64,000 nucleotides of DNA from an uncultured Porphyromonadaceae bacterium. Its GTDB lineage: Bacteria; Bacteroidota; Bacteroidia; Bacteroidales; Muribaculaceae. The notes beneath the pieces were generated by a model that was given only the letters and a program-made list of their open reading frames with translations, did no database searches and was not told the origin of the DNA. The position numbers and the translations under genes were made by a program. The DNA lies in contig CAMWNB010000006.1 of the NCBI GenBank assembly GCA_947175495.1, forward strand, positions 10,304-74,303. The letters are read 5' to 3'. This document shows positions 20,738 to 30,426 of this stretch, in pieces (position 1 is the stretch's first letter; each line of letters starts with the position of its first letter).

Positions 20738-21580
20738 TCAGAACATGGGGTAAATGAGGCAGACGATGCCTGCCACGACGCAGTAGACGGCGAACCACAC
20801 GAGGCGGCCTTTCTTGACGATATCGAGCATCCATTTGCAGGCCATGCAGCCGACGATGAAGGACGCGAGGAAGCCTACGGCCATGGACAGCAGACTGACA
20901 GAGCCGGCTGCGGCAGTCTGCGCGCCGGCGGTCTCAAGCATGTCCTTGATGTCGAGCAGGCCTTCGCCGAGGATGGGGATGATGACCATGAGGAAGGAGA
21001 ACTTGGCCACTTTCTCGCGGTTGTCGCCGAGCAGGATGCCGGTGGCGATGGTGGTGCCGGAGCGGGAGAGACCCGGCAGAACCGCGATGGCCTGTCCGAT
21101 GCCGATGACGAATGCGTCGCGCCATGTGATGTTGCGGCCCTGGGGCGCGGAGGGATCGAGCAGAGCGTGGCGCGTGCGGGTGAAATAGGCGAAACTTAGG
21201 AGCGCGGCCGTGACGAGCAGACACACGCCGACGACGGCGAGGTTGCCTTCGAAGAGGGTCGCAATCTGCTTCTTGAAGCATACGCCCACGATGCCGACGG
21301 GAATGCACGACAGGAGAATCTTGCAGACGTAGTAGAATTTGTCGTCGCGCCGGAATGTGAAGAACGAGGTGCACAGGGGCACGAACTCGCGCCACAGGAT
21401 GACGATGGTGCTGAGGACGGTTGCCACATGGAGCATGACGCTGAACTCGAGGGACGCGTCGGGGTCGAGATTTACTCCGAGAATCTGTTTGAAGATTTCG
21501 AGATGTCCGCTGCTGGAGATGGGCAGGTATTCGGAAAGGCCCTGGATGATTCCGAGCCAGAGAGCGTCTAACCAATCCAT
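20738..21580 (-). CDS. uppP: Undecaprenyl-diphosphate phosphatase (BacA)
   Basis: GLSEYLPISSSGHL, LPGLSRSGTTI. Confidence 0.96.
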   Translation of the reverse strand: MDWLDALWLGIIQGLSEYLPISSSGHLEIFKQILGVNLDPDASLEFSVMLHVATVLSTIVILWREFVPLCTSFFTFRRDDKFYYVCKILLSCIPVGIVGVCFKKQIATLFEGNLAVVGVCLLVTAALLSFAYFTRTRHALLDPSAPQGRNITWRDAFVIGIGQAIAVLPGLSRSGTTIATGILLGDNREKVAKFSFLMVIIPILGEGLLDIKDMLETAGAQTAAAGSVSLLSMAVGFLASFIVGCMACKWMLDIVKKGRLVWFAVYCVVAGIVCLIYPMF

Positions 21581-21582
21581 AA

Positions 21583-21852
21583 TTATTCCTTGTCTTTTTT
21601 AGAACGGATGATGATGGCTATGGCCATGGCCACGAAGCCGATGAATGCGATGGCGGGTCCGACCACGATGCGTCGGGTGCTGAAGATGTCGGGGTTGAAC
21701 CCGGTCTCGGAGGTGGAGCCGCCGAGCATGAGCACGAATCCGAGGATGATGAGTGCTGCCGAGACAGCCATGGCTATGAAATTGGTGCGCGTCAGAGGCT
21801 TCCGGTCGAAGCTCTCGCGCTCGATGGCGTCGTTTTTCTTTTTTGATTCCAT
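21583..21852 (-). CDS. DUF3098-type small membrane protein
   Basis: Two TM helices, FNPDIFSTRRIVVGP; conserved Bacteroidetes position between ftsX and uppP. Confidence 0.8.
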   Translation of the reverse strand: MESKKKNDAIERESFDRKPLTRTNFIAMAVSAALIILGFVLMLGGSTSETGFNPDIFSTRRIVVGPAIAFIGFVAMAIAIIIRSKKDKE

Positions 21853-21865
21853 ATGATGTTATGGT

Positions 21866-22741
21866 TCAGTTCATGTAATAATCGTCGATATCGGACCGCA
21901 GATAGCGGTTGGTCGCGAACAGCGATGCCAGCAGGCATATGAGCACGCCCGCGATTATGAGCGCGGCGTAGATGGCTGCGCTTGTGGTCCAGCTGAGGTT
22001 TGCCGCGAGTGCGGCGTCGGCGTGCATGGCGTAGGCCTGCGCACCGGCGAGGATTCCGGAGGCGAGGATGGCGGCAGTGAGGCCGGTGAGCGCTCCCGCG
22101 GCAAGGAACGGGCGGCGGATGAACGCGCCTGTGGCGCCCACGAGGCGCATGGTGTGGATGACGAATCGGCGCGAGTAGACGGCGAGGCTCACCGTGTTGT
22201 TGATGAGCACGAAAGAGATGACGAGCAACGCAGCAGCCACGGCCAGCATTATCCACGTGAGACGGGCTATGTTGGTGTTTACGCTGTCGATGACAGAGGT
22301 GTCGGTCTCCACTTCGTCGACACCTTCCATGGCTCCGATGCGTGCGGACAGGGCGAGGATGCTGTCGCCGCTCGCCCAGTCGGGACGCACGCGCACGTCG
22401 AATTCGGCTCCGTAAGGGTTCTCGTCGACGAGCAGCATGATGTCTTCTCCGATGATTTCACATTCCTGCGCAAGGATGTCGTCGGCGCTTGCGTAGACGA
22501 AAGACTCTGCAAACGGCGCTGCCGCAAGGGTCTTCTTCATGGCGTTCGTGGCGGCGTCGGAAATTCCACGCTCCATCTTTACGGTGAAGCCCATGTTGCG
22601 GCGCACGTTGTCGGTGGCGCTGCGCGCCGCCATTGTCATGACTGCAGCCACGCCGAGAATCACCAGCACGAGCGTCACGCTCACTACCGATGTGAGGCGT
22701 GAACCCAGCACGCTGATATGAAGAGATCGTTTTTTTGCCAT
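21866..22741 (-). CDS. ftsX: Cell division permease FtsX
   Basis: LISNTV-like INNTVSLAVYSRR, TMRLVGATGAFIRRPF; ATG at 22741. Confidence 0.92.
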   Translation of the reverse strand: MAKKRSLHISVLGSRLTSVVSVTLVLVILGVAAVMTMAARSATDNVRRNMGFTVKMERGISDAATNAMKKTLAAAPFAESFVYASADDILAQECEIIGEDIMLLVDENPYGAEFDVRVRPDWASGDSILALSARIGAMEGVDEVETDTSVIDSVNTNIARLTWIMLAVAAALLVISFVLINNTVSLAVYSRRFVIHTMRLVGATGAFIRRPFLAAGALTGLTAAILASGILAGAQAYAMHADAALAANLSWTTSAAIYAALIIAGVLICLLASLFATNRYLRSDIDDYYMN

Positions 22742-22944
22742 TTGCTTTAAGAGGTGTGAGGCTGCGAAGAACCTAAAAACGTGCAAAATTACTAAATTTT
22801 CGTCCCTTTGTCAATAGTTTTTTGCTGTATTTTCACTTCATGGTGGTAAAATAATGTATATTTCGTAACTTTGCAGTTCATAACCACCATTTCCAGGCAA
22901 ACTATAAGGTTTGCCGATGTGTTATTACATAAATTCAGTTAACC

Positions 22945-23628
22945 ATGAGCAGTATGTTCGATCTTCTTATGGAGCTGCCTCTGTTCAGGGGTGTGAGCCG
23001 TGAAACGATGGGCAAAATCGTAGGAATGGCAAAGTTCCATTTTCTCAAGTATCCGGCCGGTGCGGTCGTGGTGAAGGAGCACTCGCCATGCACGCATATA
23101 ACTTTTGTGATAAGTGGCCGCATACGGCTCACCACGTCCAATAATAACGGCAGGCTGTCGGTTTCGCAGACGCTGACGGCTCCGGATGTGATAGCTCCGG
23201 ATTTTCTTTTCGGGCGCGCTACGTTCTATCCCTGCAGGGCGGTGGCGCTTGAGCCGTCGGGCGTGCTTCAGATCAGCAAGGCCGACTATATGAAGATACT
23301 GAATGCCGACCCGGTGTTCATGTTCAATTATCTGAACATAATCTCGGTGAATGCCCAAAAGAGTGTGATCGGGCTGATGTCGCTGACGTCGGGGTCGCTT
23401 GAGGAGCGAATTGCCTTTTGGGTGATCGCGCTGACGCAATCGTCGGGCGAGAACATAAGCATCGACTGTCCGCTGCGGAATCTGTGTGCCATATGGGGTG
23501 TGCAGCGTTCGGCTCTGGTCGAGGCACTCAACAACATGAAGGCTCACGGGCTGGATTCGTTCGGTCCGAGCGGCGTTGTGTTCAGTTCCAGAAAGAAGCT
23601 GCTCGAGATGCTGGACGAGGGGTGCTGA
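22945..23628 (+). CDS. Crp/Fnr family regulator (resembles the Bacteroides Cur/BT4338 type, from recall)
   Basis: LLMELPLFRG, cNMP-binding barrel, NYLNIIS, C-terminal HTH (RSALVEALNNM). Confidence 0.85.
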   Translation: MSSMFDLLMELPLFRGVSRETMGKIVGMAKFHFLKYPAGAVVVKEHSPCTHITFVISGRIRLTTSNNNGRLSVSQTLTAPDVIAPDFLFGRATFYPCRAVALEPSGVLQISKADYMKILNADPVFMFNYLNIISVNAQKSVIGLMSLTSGSLEERIAFWVIALTQSSGENISIDCPLRNLCAIWGVQRSALVEALNNMKAHGLDSFGPSGVVFSSRKKLLEMLDEGC

Positions 23629-23940
23629 CTTCCGGCGTCTGTCCGGGAAAATCGGTTTTTTAGAATGCAAAAACGCCGATATGCCCAATATAATCGCTTA
23701 TATTTTTCAAAGCCGTTGATTTTTGTAGCTGATTGTCTTGTAGTCAATTATACTTTTAATGGCCTTGATTTTATTTATATTTGACTTATACAGGCATTGA
23801 AGTTGCTGTTCCTCTCATTAATTTTGCAACGTAAATAATTGTTAGGTCTAAGATTCAGGTTCTGATAAGGTTATTTTGAAAAGATTGTAAAAAGGATTTT
23901 AAATGGTTTTAGGTATTTAGTGTTAGAGACACGAATAAAG

Positions 23941-23968
23941 AAAAGCCGCTCCGTGAGGAGCGGCTTTT
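23941..23968. terminator. Bidirectional intrinsic terminator
   Basis: AAAAGCCGCTCC-GTGA-GGAGCGGCTTTT, with U-runs on both strands. Confidence 0.85.
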
Positions 23969-23990
23969 TCGTTTCGCGGCGGCACGTCTG

Positions 23991-24830
23991 TCACAGTTCG
24001 CGGCGCTCGAAAGCGTCGATGAAGCTGCCGGGAGTGCTGTTGTAGATTTTGACTTTTTCTTTTGCGGCAAAGCGCGCTATCTCGTGGTAGCTGCGGAAAG
24101 CGACGGTGAAGCTCTCGAGGATTTGGTGCAGGCGGTAGCCGCGATATTCGGATGCAGACCGGCGCAGCTCGCGCTTGTCGTCGGCGTAGAAGTGGGGCTG
24201 GACGCTTACGACCTCGTTGCTGTCGTTTACTTCTAAGGTGCGCAGCCATGAGTGGTCGGCGCCTGTGAGAAAGATGGTCTTGAAACCGGCCTTGATGGCT
24301 ATCATGATGGCAGCGATGAGGACGTTGCGCGGGCGGGGCATTCCAATGCCGCGGCGGAATGCTGCGTGGCAGAAGAAGTCGAAGCCTTCGACGCCGACGG
24401 CGTTGAAGGTCTCGACGCGCGCGTCGGGGGCGAGAGAGCGTGCGAGGGTTGCCCAATGGCAGGGCACATAGAGGGTGAGGGGCCATGTGGCGCCGTTTAT
24501 ATTGCGCCACAGTTCCTGCACGTTGGGCTCGTCGGAGGTGAAGAAGTGTGGGTCGGCGAGTACATATCGTCCGGGCCGCAGGATGGTGAATTCCGGGGCG
24601 TTTGCGGCGAAGTTGACGGCCATTGCGGCTCGTCGGCTCAGCTCGTCGGCGTGGCGGGCGATAGTGGTGCGGAGCGAGGGTCCGTTGGCGAGAATGACGA
24701 TGGAGTCGCCTTCGTCCGCGGCGTGCGGCGCTATGGTGCAGCGCCGGCTCTGTATGGCGATTTTCGCGAGGCTCTTGAGCGTGGCGCCCATGGCGGCGGA
24801 GAAGGCTGATATTTTATCGGAAGTTTTCAT
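23991..24830 (-). CDS. GT42/MAF-like (DUF115/CstII-fold) putative glycosyltransferase
   Basis: IVILANGPSL...AVNF...YVLADPHFF and IFLTGADH...HFY motifs resemble CstII/MAF-fold transferases. Confidence 0.55.
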   Translation of the reverse strand: MKTSDKISAFSAAMGATLKSLAKIAIQSRRCTIAPHAADEGDSIVILANGPSLRTTIARHADELSRRAAMAVNFAANAPEFTILRPGRYVLADPHFFTSDEPNVQELWRNINGATWPLTLYVPCHWATLARSLAPDARVETFNAVGVEGFDFFCHAAFRRGIGMPRPRNVLIAAIMIAIKAGFKTIFLTGADHSWLRTLEVNDSNEVVSVQPHFYADDKRELRRSASEYRGYRLHQILESFTVAFRSYHEIARFAAKEKVKIYNSTPGSFIDAFERREL

Positions 24831-24993
24831 AGTTTTCGTATGTATGGCAGAAGAGCGTGGCGTCGGAATCCGTGATGCCTGATGAAAAAGAGGCAAACCG
24901 GGATTATGGCGATGCATGCAAAATTAGCTGAAAAATGGCTGGTGTGCAAATTTAACACGCCTTAACGCCCAAAAAGTGGCGAATTAGTTAAAA

Positions 24994-25869
24994 ATGGCTA
25001 ATTTTGTAATTAATATGAACGCAACAGGTCCTATACGCATAAACCTGCGGAAGGTGCTCCGCGACCGTCTCGGCTGCTGGAGTCGCCTTGTGCCGTCGTT
25101 TTTGTGTCGCAAGCTGGAGCGGCTGGTGTGTCAGGAGCAGCTCAACGAACTGCTTGAGCACAACTATCCGCGGCGCGGCGCGGATTTCTGCCGCGGAGTG
25201 CTTGACGACCTGGATGTGGGCATCGATGTGTGCGGCATCCGCAACCTTCCGGCGCCGTCGGCGCGGCGTGTGCTGCTTGTGTGCAATCATCCGCTCGGCG
25301 GCCTGGACGGCATGGCTCTTGTGGCGTGGTTCTCGGATTACTTCGGCATGCAGCTGCAGGTGGTGGTGAACGACCTGCTGATGGCTGTGGAGCCGCTTTC
25401 GGACTGTTTCGTGCCCGTGAACAAGCACGGTGCCCAAAGCCGCCGCACGGCAGGCGCGCTCGACGAGGCCATGGCATCGGATGCTCCGGTGCTGATGTTT
25501 CCTGCCGGACTGGTGTCGCGGCAGGGCGACGACGGCCGCATTGCCGACCTGAAGTGGAACAAGATGTTTCTGCGCAAAGCTGTGGAATACGGCCGTGATG
25601 TGGTGCCTCTGCATTTCGATGGGCGGAACAGTCCGGGATTCTATCGGGCGGCACGGCGCCGCGTGAAACTGGGTCTGCGCTTCAATTTCGAGATGCTGCT
25701 GCTGCCGCGCGAGGTGTTTGCCAGCCGCGGCCGCCGCTTCACCATCGCTTGCGGCCGCCCGATCGCGTGGCAGTCGCTGGGCCGTCCCTCGGAGGCGGAG
25801 GCCGCGCGGATACGCGACATTGTGTACAATCTAAAAGAATGTAATGGAAAAGATAATATCGCCCGTTGA
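24994..25869 (+). CDS. PlsC-like O-acyltransferase (GlsA/OlsA-like)
   Basis: CNHPLGGLDG (HX4D), MFPAGLVSR; start could be 25015. Confidence 0.8.
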   Translation: MANFVINMNATGPIRINLRKVLRDRLGCWSRLVPSFLCRKLERLVCQEQLNELLEHNYPRRGADFCRGVLDDLDVGIDVCGIRNLPAPSARRVLLVCNHPLGGLDGMALVAWFSDYFGMQLQVVVNDLLMAVEPLSDCFVPVNKHGAQSRRTAGALDEAMASDAPVLMFPAGLVSRQGDDGRIADLKWNKMFLRKAVEYGRDVVPLHFDGRNSPGFYRAARRRVKLGLRFNFEMLLLPREVFASRGRRFTIACGRPIAWQSLGRPSEAEAARIRDIVYNLKECNGKDNIAR

Positions 25870-26782
25870 AACTTCGTTGATAGAGAGTGAACTCACTCCG
25901 GAACGCTTTCTGCGGCACACGAACCGTGGCGGCAACCTGCTGTATGTGGTGGACGCTCATTGCGCTCCGAACACCATGCGCGAAATCGGCCGTCTTCGTG
26001 AAATCGCTTTCCGCACGGCAGGCGGCGGTACCGGTCGGGGCTGCGACATCGACAACTTCGACACTATGGACCCGCCGTGCCGTCAGCTGGTGGTGTGGGA
26101 TCCGGAGAGCCGTCAGATTTTAGGCGGCTACCGCTTCATCTGCGGCAGCGACATACGGATGGATGCCGAAGGGCGTCCGCGCATAGCCACGAGCCACATG
26201 TTCAACTTCTCCGAGGAGTTTGTGCGTGATTATCTGCCCTACACGCTTGAGCTGGGGCGCAGTTTTGTGCGTCTGGAGTATCAGAGCACGCGCGCCGGCG
26301 TGAAAGCCATATATGTGCTCGACAACCTGTGGGACGGCCTTGGCTCGCTCACTGTGCTGCATCCGGAAATCCGCTATCTTTTCGGAAAGATGACGATGTA
26401 TCCGAGCTATACGGCCGAGTGCCGCGACATGATATTGTACTTTCTGCACAAGCATTTCCCGGATCCCGACCATCTTGTGACGCCCATCAATCCGCTGCCC
26501 GTGCACTACGACGAGGATGCGATGGGACGGCTCTTCACCGGCGACTGCTTCAAGGCCGACTACAAGATACTGAACGCCGAGGTGCGCCGGCGCGGCGACA
26601 ACATCCCTCCGCTGGTGAACGCCTACATGGGTCTGTCGCCTACGATGCGCATGCTCGGCACGGCTGTGAACGACGAGTTCGGCAACGTGGAGGAAAGCGG
26701 CATATTCATGGTGATAGACGAGATTCTCGACGAGAAAAAAGCACGACATATAGCGACCTATAACAGCGACCGGAGCTTATGA
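25844..26782 (+). CDS. GNAT-fold N-acyltransferase (GlsB/OlsB-like, 'hemolysin')
   Basis: REIGRLREIAF, DIDNFD, GGYRF, LELGRSFV; overlaps the O-acyltransferase, as in the Bacteroides glycine-lipid gene pair. Confidence 0.8.
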   Translation: MEKIISPVETSLIESELTPERFLRHTNRGGNLLYVVDAHCAPNTMREIGRLREIAFRTAGGGTGRGCDIDNFDTMDPPCRQLVVWDPESRQILGGYRFICGSDIRMDAEGRPRIATSHMFNFSEEFVRDYLPYTLELGRSFVRLEYQSTRAGVKAIYVLDNLWDGLGSLTVLHPEIRYLFGKMTMYPSYTAECRDMILYFLHKHFPDPDHLVTPINPLPVHYDEDAMGRLFTGDCFKADYKILNAEVRRRGDNIPPLVNAYMGLSPTMRMLGTAVNDEFGNVEESGIFMVIDEILDEKKARHIATYNSDRSL

Positions 26783-27528
26783 TACCGAAAGTGATACACT
26801 ACTGCTGGCTCAGCGACGACCCTATCCCGGCCGACCTGCAGGGCTACATAGACACATGGCGCCGCCTCATGCCCGACTATGAGCTGCGGCTGTGGAATTT
26901 CAAGCGTTTTCCGCGCGGCAAATCGGCGTGGGTTGACGATGCCTTCGACAACCGGAAATACGCTTTCGCCGCGGACTATATCCGCGCGTATGCCCTGTAT
27001 CATGAGGGCGGTATCTATCTGGACTCGGATGTGGAAGTGCTGAAGCCGTTCACTCCGCTGCTCGGGCTGCCGTATTTCATGTGCCGCGAGACCGGCTCGG
27101 GAAGTCCGGAAGCCGCGGTGATGGGCGCCGAGGCGGGCAATCCGCTGTTCGGCGCGCTGCTGGAGCATTACGACACGCACAGCTTCGTTCGCGCCGACGG
27201 CAGCCTGGACACCACGACGATGCCCCGGGTGATGCGCGAGAAGATGGAGGCAATGGGCATAGCGGTGGAGGACGTGGACGGCCCGGAGCAGGTGGCAATG
27301 CATCCCGACCGCATCAGCATGCTTCCCAGCGACTATTTCAGCCCCATCAGCATCGAGAACCTGGAGATGCGCAAGACCTCGCGCACCTATTGCATACACC
27401 ATTTCGCGGGAAGCTGGAAATCGCCGTGGCACCGCTTCAAGAAGCGCGTGCAGATGGTGCTGGGCCCGCGCGCGGCGCAGTGGGTGATCAATGTCAAGCG
27501 CGTTATTCTGCGTCAATCATACACATGA
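26779..27528 (+). CDS. GT32 (OCH1/Sur1-like) glycosyltransferase
   Basis: MIPKVIHYCW, AFAADYIR, GGIYLDSDVE, HHFAGSW. Confidence 0.9.
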   Translation: MIPKVIHYCWLSDDPIPADLQGYIDTWRRLMPDYELRLWNFKRFPRGKSAWVDDAFDNRKYAFAADYIRAYALYHEGGIYLDSDVEVLKPFTPLLGLPYFMCRETGSGSPEAAVMGAEAGNPLFGALLEHYDTHSFVRADGSLDTTTMPRVMREKMEAMGIAVEDVDGPEQVAMHPDRISMLPSDYFSPISIENLEMRKTSRTYCIHHFAGSWKSPWHRFKKRVQMVLGPRAAQWVINVKRVILRQSYT

Positions 27529-27531
27529 CCT

Positions 27532-28188
27532 ATGGAAAATAACAGAAAAAAAATACTTGTGATAGCTCCTCATGCCGACGATGAAGTGCTGGGCTGCGGC
27601 GGCTATCTTGTCCACGAGAAGGCGCATGGCGCCGAAATCCGCCTGGTGATAGGCACAATAGGCGGCACCGACCGCCGCCAGGACTACGACACGCGCATGG
27701 CGGAATTCCGCTCGGTGTGCGATGCGCTGGGGGCGAGCAGCGAGGTGCTGTACAAGAACATGGACGCAATGATGGACACTATTCCGGCCTTTGACATAAC
27801 GACCAAGCTTGACCACATAATCGACAGCTTCCGGCCGGACGAGATCTTCATCAACTACCGCAGTCTGCACCAGGACCATATCAAGCTCTACGAATGCGCG
27901 CTCGCCTCGGTGCGCCTGCGCGAGGGCTACTCGCCGCGTCTGGTGGCACTCTACGAGTATCCTTTCGCGACGACCCAGGTGGGGCCTATCGGCGGCGGTT
28001 TCATGTATCACGACATATCGGACTGCATAGAGGAGAAGGTGGCCCTGTTTGAGAAATACGTCACGCAGATACGCGAAACGCCGTCGCCGCTCAATCGCGA
28101 GGGTGTGCTTGCGCTGGCCCGCATGCGCGGGGTGGAGTGTGGCGTGGACTATGCCGAGAAGTTTTATGTTCAGAAGATGATTTTATGA
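27532..28188 (+). CDS. PIG-L/LmbE family N-deacetylase
   Basis: APHADDEVLGCGG and HQDH metal-binding motifs. Confidence 0.9.
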   Translation: MENNRKKILVIAPHADDEVLGCGGYLVHEKAHGAEIRLVIGTIGGTDRRQDYDTRMAEFRSVCDALGASSEVLYKNMDAMMDTIPAFDITTKLDHIIDSFRPDEIFINYRSLHQDHIKLYECALASVRLREGYSPRLVALYEYPFATTQVGPIGGGFMYHDISDCIEEKVALFEKYVTQIRETPSPLNREGVLALARMRGVECGVDYAEKFYVQKMIL

Positions 28189-29081
28189 AATACATAGTAT
28201 TCGAAGCCGGCAGCCGTGCGGGCTTTTCCGCAGAGATGTTCTACCGCGCGTGGAAGAAGCGCCATCCCGAGAGCGATTGCGGCCTGATCATGGCCGACAG
28301 CGACACGACGTTCGCCCAGGTGCCCGCTCCGGCCGGGGTGGAGCGCGAGAACGACAAGACGGCCGGCGCGCTGCTCGGCACGGCCGGCTATCGTGCGTTT
28401 CCCGGCGACGAGCTGACGCGCCAGCGCGACGGGCGCATACAGGAGGCTATAGCCAAGGATGTAATGGCCGCGGTGGAGCCGTGGTTTTATGAGAAAGCGA
28501 CGGTGAACCGCACGCTGGAGCGCCTTGCGGGAGCGGATGCAGGCATACGCGTGCCGCGCACGTTTGATTTCGAGAATGTGTGTGTGAAGCCCAACTCGCA
28601 GTCGGCCGGCTCGCGCGGCGTAGAGTTCAAGACGGGCATGTGTGTGTCGGAGCTCATCGACATCGCCCGCGAGTATGTGGTGGATGTGCTGGAGCGCGGC
28701 GACGGCACGCTTGACATATACGCGCGCGAGACGAAGCTGCGCTGCGGCTACGACAAGCTCGTGCGTCTGCTGCCGAAGAACGATCGCCTTGTCGAGGCTG
28801 TGCGCAGCTTTGTGGCGGCGGTGAACTCCGGCACGGATGCGACGCTGTTTCGCGGCGTGTTCCATCTGCAGATAGCGGAAAATCCGCAGGGGGAGTACTA
28901 TTTCATAGAGGCGTCGAAGCGTATCTCGGGGAGCGCCGTGGTGAACATCTTCCGTGGCTTCAACCCGTTTGACGTGCTGGAGGGCACAGAAGCCCAGGCG
29001 CCGGTGGAGCCTGCTCCTTTCGAGGACGGCCGCTGGTACCGCTTCGAGGATTTCGTGGCCGAGCTGCCGCGGGTGCTCTAA
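28185..29081 (+). CDS. Compact ATP-grasp domain protein
   Basis: VKPNSQSAGSRGV, ELIDIAREYVVDV, FHLQ...YFIEASKRISGS; ATGA overlap with the deacetylase. Confidence 0.7.
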   Translation: MKYIVFEAGSRAGFSAEMFYRAWKKRHPESDCGLIMADSDTTFAQVPAPAGVERENDKTAGALLGTAGYRAFPGDELTRQRDGRIQEAIAKDVMAAVEPWFYEKATVNRTLERLAGADAGIRVPRTFDFENVCVKPNSQSAGSRGVEFKTGMCVSELIDIAREYVVDVLERGDGTLDIYARETKLRCGYDKLVRLLPKNDRLVEAVRSFVAAVNSGTDATLFRGVFHLQIAENPQGEYYFIEASKRISGSAVVNIFRGFNPFDVLEGTEAQAPVEPAPFEDGRWYRFEDFVAELPRVL

Positions 29082-29980
29082 TTTGCGCGTGCGTGGCGAT
29101 GGTGGCGTATGAGCTGCCAGGAGTTGACGCTGTTGTGCCACGCCACATAGGCTGCCGGGGCGACGGATGCGATGGGATTAAGATAGGTGAGTGCCAGCCA
29201 TATGGCCAGGACTGTGTTTTTCTGTCCGAGGCTCTGTCCGCCCGTCACCTTGTCGGCGAAACGGCTTCCGACCTTTCGGCCCAGGGCAAACTGGGCAATG
29301 CACACTATCATCGACCCGGCCACGAGGGCGGCAATCTGCCCGATGTGCGACGGGTCGAAATTGCGTATGATGAAACTTACGGAGCTGCCGACCACGATGA
29401 ACAGCGCCACGGCCCACATGTAGAACGACAGCGACTGGTTGTCGGCGAGATAGTCGTGGACGCGGCGGCAGCTGTAGCGCAGGACGAAGGCAGTGATGAG
29501 GGGAAGGGTGAGCAGCGGCAGGACGCTCGAGCAGATGCGATGGAACGACTCGGCGAATGTCATCTCGGGATGTTCGCCTATGGCGGCGAGGATGACCGGG
29601 CCGGCTACGGCTACGGCGAGGTTGCATAGTAGGGAGTAGGTGGCGACGTGGGCGATGCTTCCGCCGAGCATGCCTGTGATGACCGGGGCAGCGGTGGCGG
29701 TTGGGACGAACACGCAGATGAACACGCCGGTGGCGACGGTGTGGCTGAAGGGCATGATGGCGAGGAGGACTGCCGCCGCGAAGGCCATCTGGACGGCGAG
29801 GAGCGCCCACTGAAAGCGGCCGATGCGGAAGGTACGCGGCTCGATGCGGCAGTAGGTGATGGTGAGCATGGCGAAAATCAGGAACGGGGAGAGAAACGTG
29901 AGATGGCCAATCCACTTGTAGAAAACGGCTCCGCCCAGCATGGCTACGGGCAGCATCCAGTCCTTGATCTTTTGACGCAT
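29078..29980 (-). CDS. Bile acid:sodium symporter-like transporter
   Basis: PTATAAPVITGMLGG, GQKNTVLAIWLA; about 10 TM helices. Confidence 0.8.
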   Translation of the reverse strand: MRQKIKDWMLPVAMLGGAVFYKWIGHLTFLSPFLIFAMLTITYCRIEPRTFRIGRFQWALLAVQMAFAAAVLLAIMPFSHTVATGVFICVFVPTATAAPVITGMLGGSIAHVATYSLLCNLAVAVAGPVILAAIGEHPEMTFAESFHRICSSVLPLLTLPLITAFVLRYSCRRVHDYLADNQSLSFYMWAVALFIVVGSSVSFIIRNFDPSHIGQIAALVAGSMIVCIAQFALGRKVGSRFADKVTGGQSLGQKNTVLAIWLALTYLNPIASVAPAAYVAWHNSVNSWQLIRHHRHARAN

Positions 29981-29991
29981 TGCGGTGGGGT

Positions 29992-30426
29992 TTAGTAGTC
30001 GGCTATGTTGATGTTTTCTTTGATGATGCGGGCGGGTACTCCTGCGACGACGCATCGGGCGGGTACGTCGTGGATGACGACGGCGTTGGCTCCAATGACC
30101 ACGTTGTCGCCTATTTTTACGGGTCCGAGGACTTTTGCCCCGCAGCTGATGTAGACGTTGTCGCCGATGACGGGTACTTCCCGGTGGCCCGAGCGTCCGC
30201 CGATGACGACTCCTGCGCCGATGGAGCAGTTGCGTCCGAGAACGGCTCTTTTGTGGACGACGACGCCAATGCCTCCGTAGCCGAAGCGGGTGCCGGGTCC
30301 GAGCGTGCATGACGGCGGCACGGCGCAGTTGCACAGCAGGTACTGGAGGCGGTAGATGATGTGGGGCAGTAGCGGCACGTTGTGGCGGTGGAGCCAGTTG
30401 GCGGCTCTATAGCAGTGTATCAGCAT
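29992..30426 (-). CDS. CysE/WcaB-like hexapeptide O-acetyltransferase
   Basis: GIGVVVH, IGDNVYISCGAKVLG, IGANAVV, VVAGVPARII. Confidence 0.88.
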   Translation of the reverse strand: MLIHCYRAANWLHRHNVPLLPHIIYRLQYLLCNCAVPPSCTLGPGTRFGYGGIGVVVHKRAVLGRNCSIGAGVVIGGRSGHREVPVIGDNVYISCGAKVLGPVKIGDNVVIGANAVVIHDVPARCVVAGVPARIIKENINIADY

